A DNA stretch of 64,000 bases. Origin: Utricularia gibba. Its lineage: Eukaryota > Plantae > Magnoliophyta. This document shows, piece by piece, positions 62,749-64,000 of this stretch. Made by a program: the position numbers and the translations under genes. The notes beneath the pieces are model-generated. The model worked only from the letters and a program-made list of their open reading frames with translations. It was not told the DNA's origin and did not search any database. Location of the stretch: the NCBI GenBank assembly GCA_002189035.1, contig CM007989.1:4340001-4404000 (forward strand). Reading direction: 5' to 3'. Positions within the stretch are counted from its first letter, which is position 1; each line of letters begins with the position of its first letter.

Positions 62749-64000
62749 TTAGTAATATGAATCATCATCTCCATCATTTGTTGAACGAGATGCTCCAAAC
62801 TCTTGTGTTGCTGGGTTATTCCTTGTATCTGATAGGCGAGCTAATGCCTGCACTACCTGGAAGATCTGTGGCCGGAACTCCGGTTCCGACTTAACAATCA
62901 AGAGCAGAAAAATTAAGCAGTTTGTAATGAAGCAAGCTGGTATCTTATGTTTTGGTATCTTGGTACCTGTACACACTGAGAAATGATGTCGGCGAGGGCA
63001 GACAGAGCACTGGGAGGATACAAACCATGCATGGCAGGATCGGCCATTTTGGCCAATGCATCCATGTCATGGAGCTTCGGTGACGCCCAATGCACAAGGG
63101 ACTGTTCGAACTTGGGTTTCCGGTCATCGAACGGCATTCGCCCGGTCATCAGCTCGAGCATTACCACACCGAAACTGTAAACATCGCTCTTTGCGGAGAT
63201 ACTTCCATCGCTTGAAGTTTCTGGAGCACAATATCCAACTGCAGCTTTCTGGCCCTGACGCTGAATCATTAACCATTAATCCACACAATGTCATTCAGCA
63301 ACTTAAATGCAATGTAATTATTCCAACCTACCTCATAGAAGATGGCCAAACCACAGTCAGAGAGGCATGGATTCAAATCAACATCCGGTAGAATATTGGA
63401 GGATTTTATGTTCTTGTGAACATAAGGGGGTGAACATACTTCATGAAGATACCTGATTGCAGAACAGTTATTAGAGTCGCAACTTACGATAGACGATGAA
63501 TCTGAAAGTGTTTGATCATTTAAATGTTTCTCATACTCGATGGCACGGGCAGTTCCTAAAGCAATCCGCACTCGGGTGTTCCATGTCAATGGTTTGCTGA
63601 AGTCATCTGATAGATGGAGAAATTCATGGAGAGAACCATTTCTGAAGTAGTCATACACCAACATCTTGTTGCCTTTCTCTGAACAAAAGCCAACTAGTGG
63701 ACATATGTTCTGGTGGTAAAGCTTCGAAAGGAATGCTATAATTTCGGAAAATTCAGCATCCTCTTCCACATGGAAAAGGGATATGTGTATCCTTTTCACC
63801 GCAACAACCTACGGATGAATGGGCATGAAACTAGGAAATGCAACAAATCAAATTTGGATATGAGAATATGAAATATGCGCATACCTTCCCATCTGCATAC
63901 TTTGCTCGATACATGCAACCAATAGACCCTTCACCAAGAAGCCTACCAGTGGAGAAGTTACCAGTAGCCTTCTCCAAATCAGCTAGAGAGCAGGGAGAAG
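62749..64000 (-). CDS. SRF5: STRUBBELIG-receptor-family LRR-RLK (SRF4/5-like), 3' part only; the gene continues beyond the window
   Basis: [13 protein letters not shown]...LLGEGSIG; [36 protein letters not shown]; HKNIKSSNI; SDCGLA; GYCAPE; [14 protein letters not shown]; [12 protein letters not shown]; EPEFRP. Introns sit at typical SRF positions. Confidence 0.88.

Noticed and set aside
1-64000. tRNA, rRNA, snoRNA or miRNA genes
   Set aside because: No cloverleaf, rRNA-like segment, convincing C/D box pair or long clean hairpin was recognised by eye; tRNAscan-SE/Infernal would be needed to exclude them

Overview
Flowering-plant nuclear DNA: gene islands separated by nested LTR-retrotransposon debris. 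Nine protein-coding genes alternate strictly in strand: COI1 (-), plastid omega-3 desaturase FAD7/8 (+), YAK1/DYRK kinase (-), LEA At5g17165-like (+), P-type PPR (-), DUF599 (+), L-type lectin receptor pseudokinase (-), FAM32A/DUF1754 (+), and a partial SRF4/5-like receptor kinase (-). There is also a MEBL/VIT1-like pseudogene. TEs fill three of the four divergent gaps. They include a four-level nest (8.0-16.8 kb) around a Reina-type chromovirus with an apparent tRNA-Asn primer site, Athila-like and copia remnants, and six solo LTRs with 5-bp TSDs; no element is intact. Four otherwise intact genes (COI1, YAK1, DUF599, LecRK) each lack exactly one base in a short G/C(T) run, which most likely reflects long-read consensus error. 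Best leads: the head-to-head jasmonate pair COI1/FAD7, the lectin-receptor pseudokinase, the atypical PBS, and a candidate NMD-triggering 3'UTR intron in YAK1. No prokaryote-type systems (CRISPR etc.) or RNA genes are supported. All family assignments are from remembered motifs; no database search was run.
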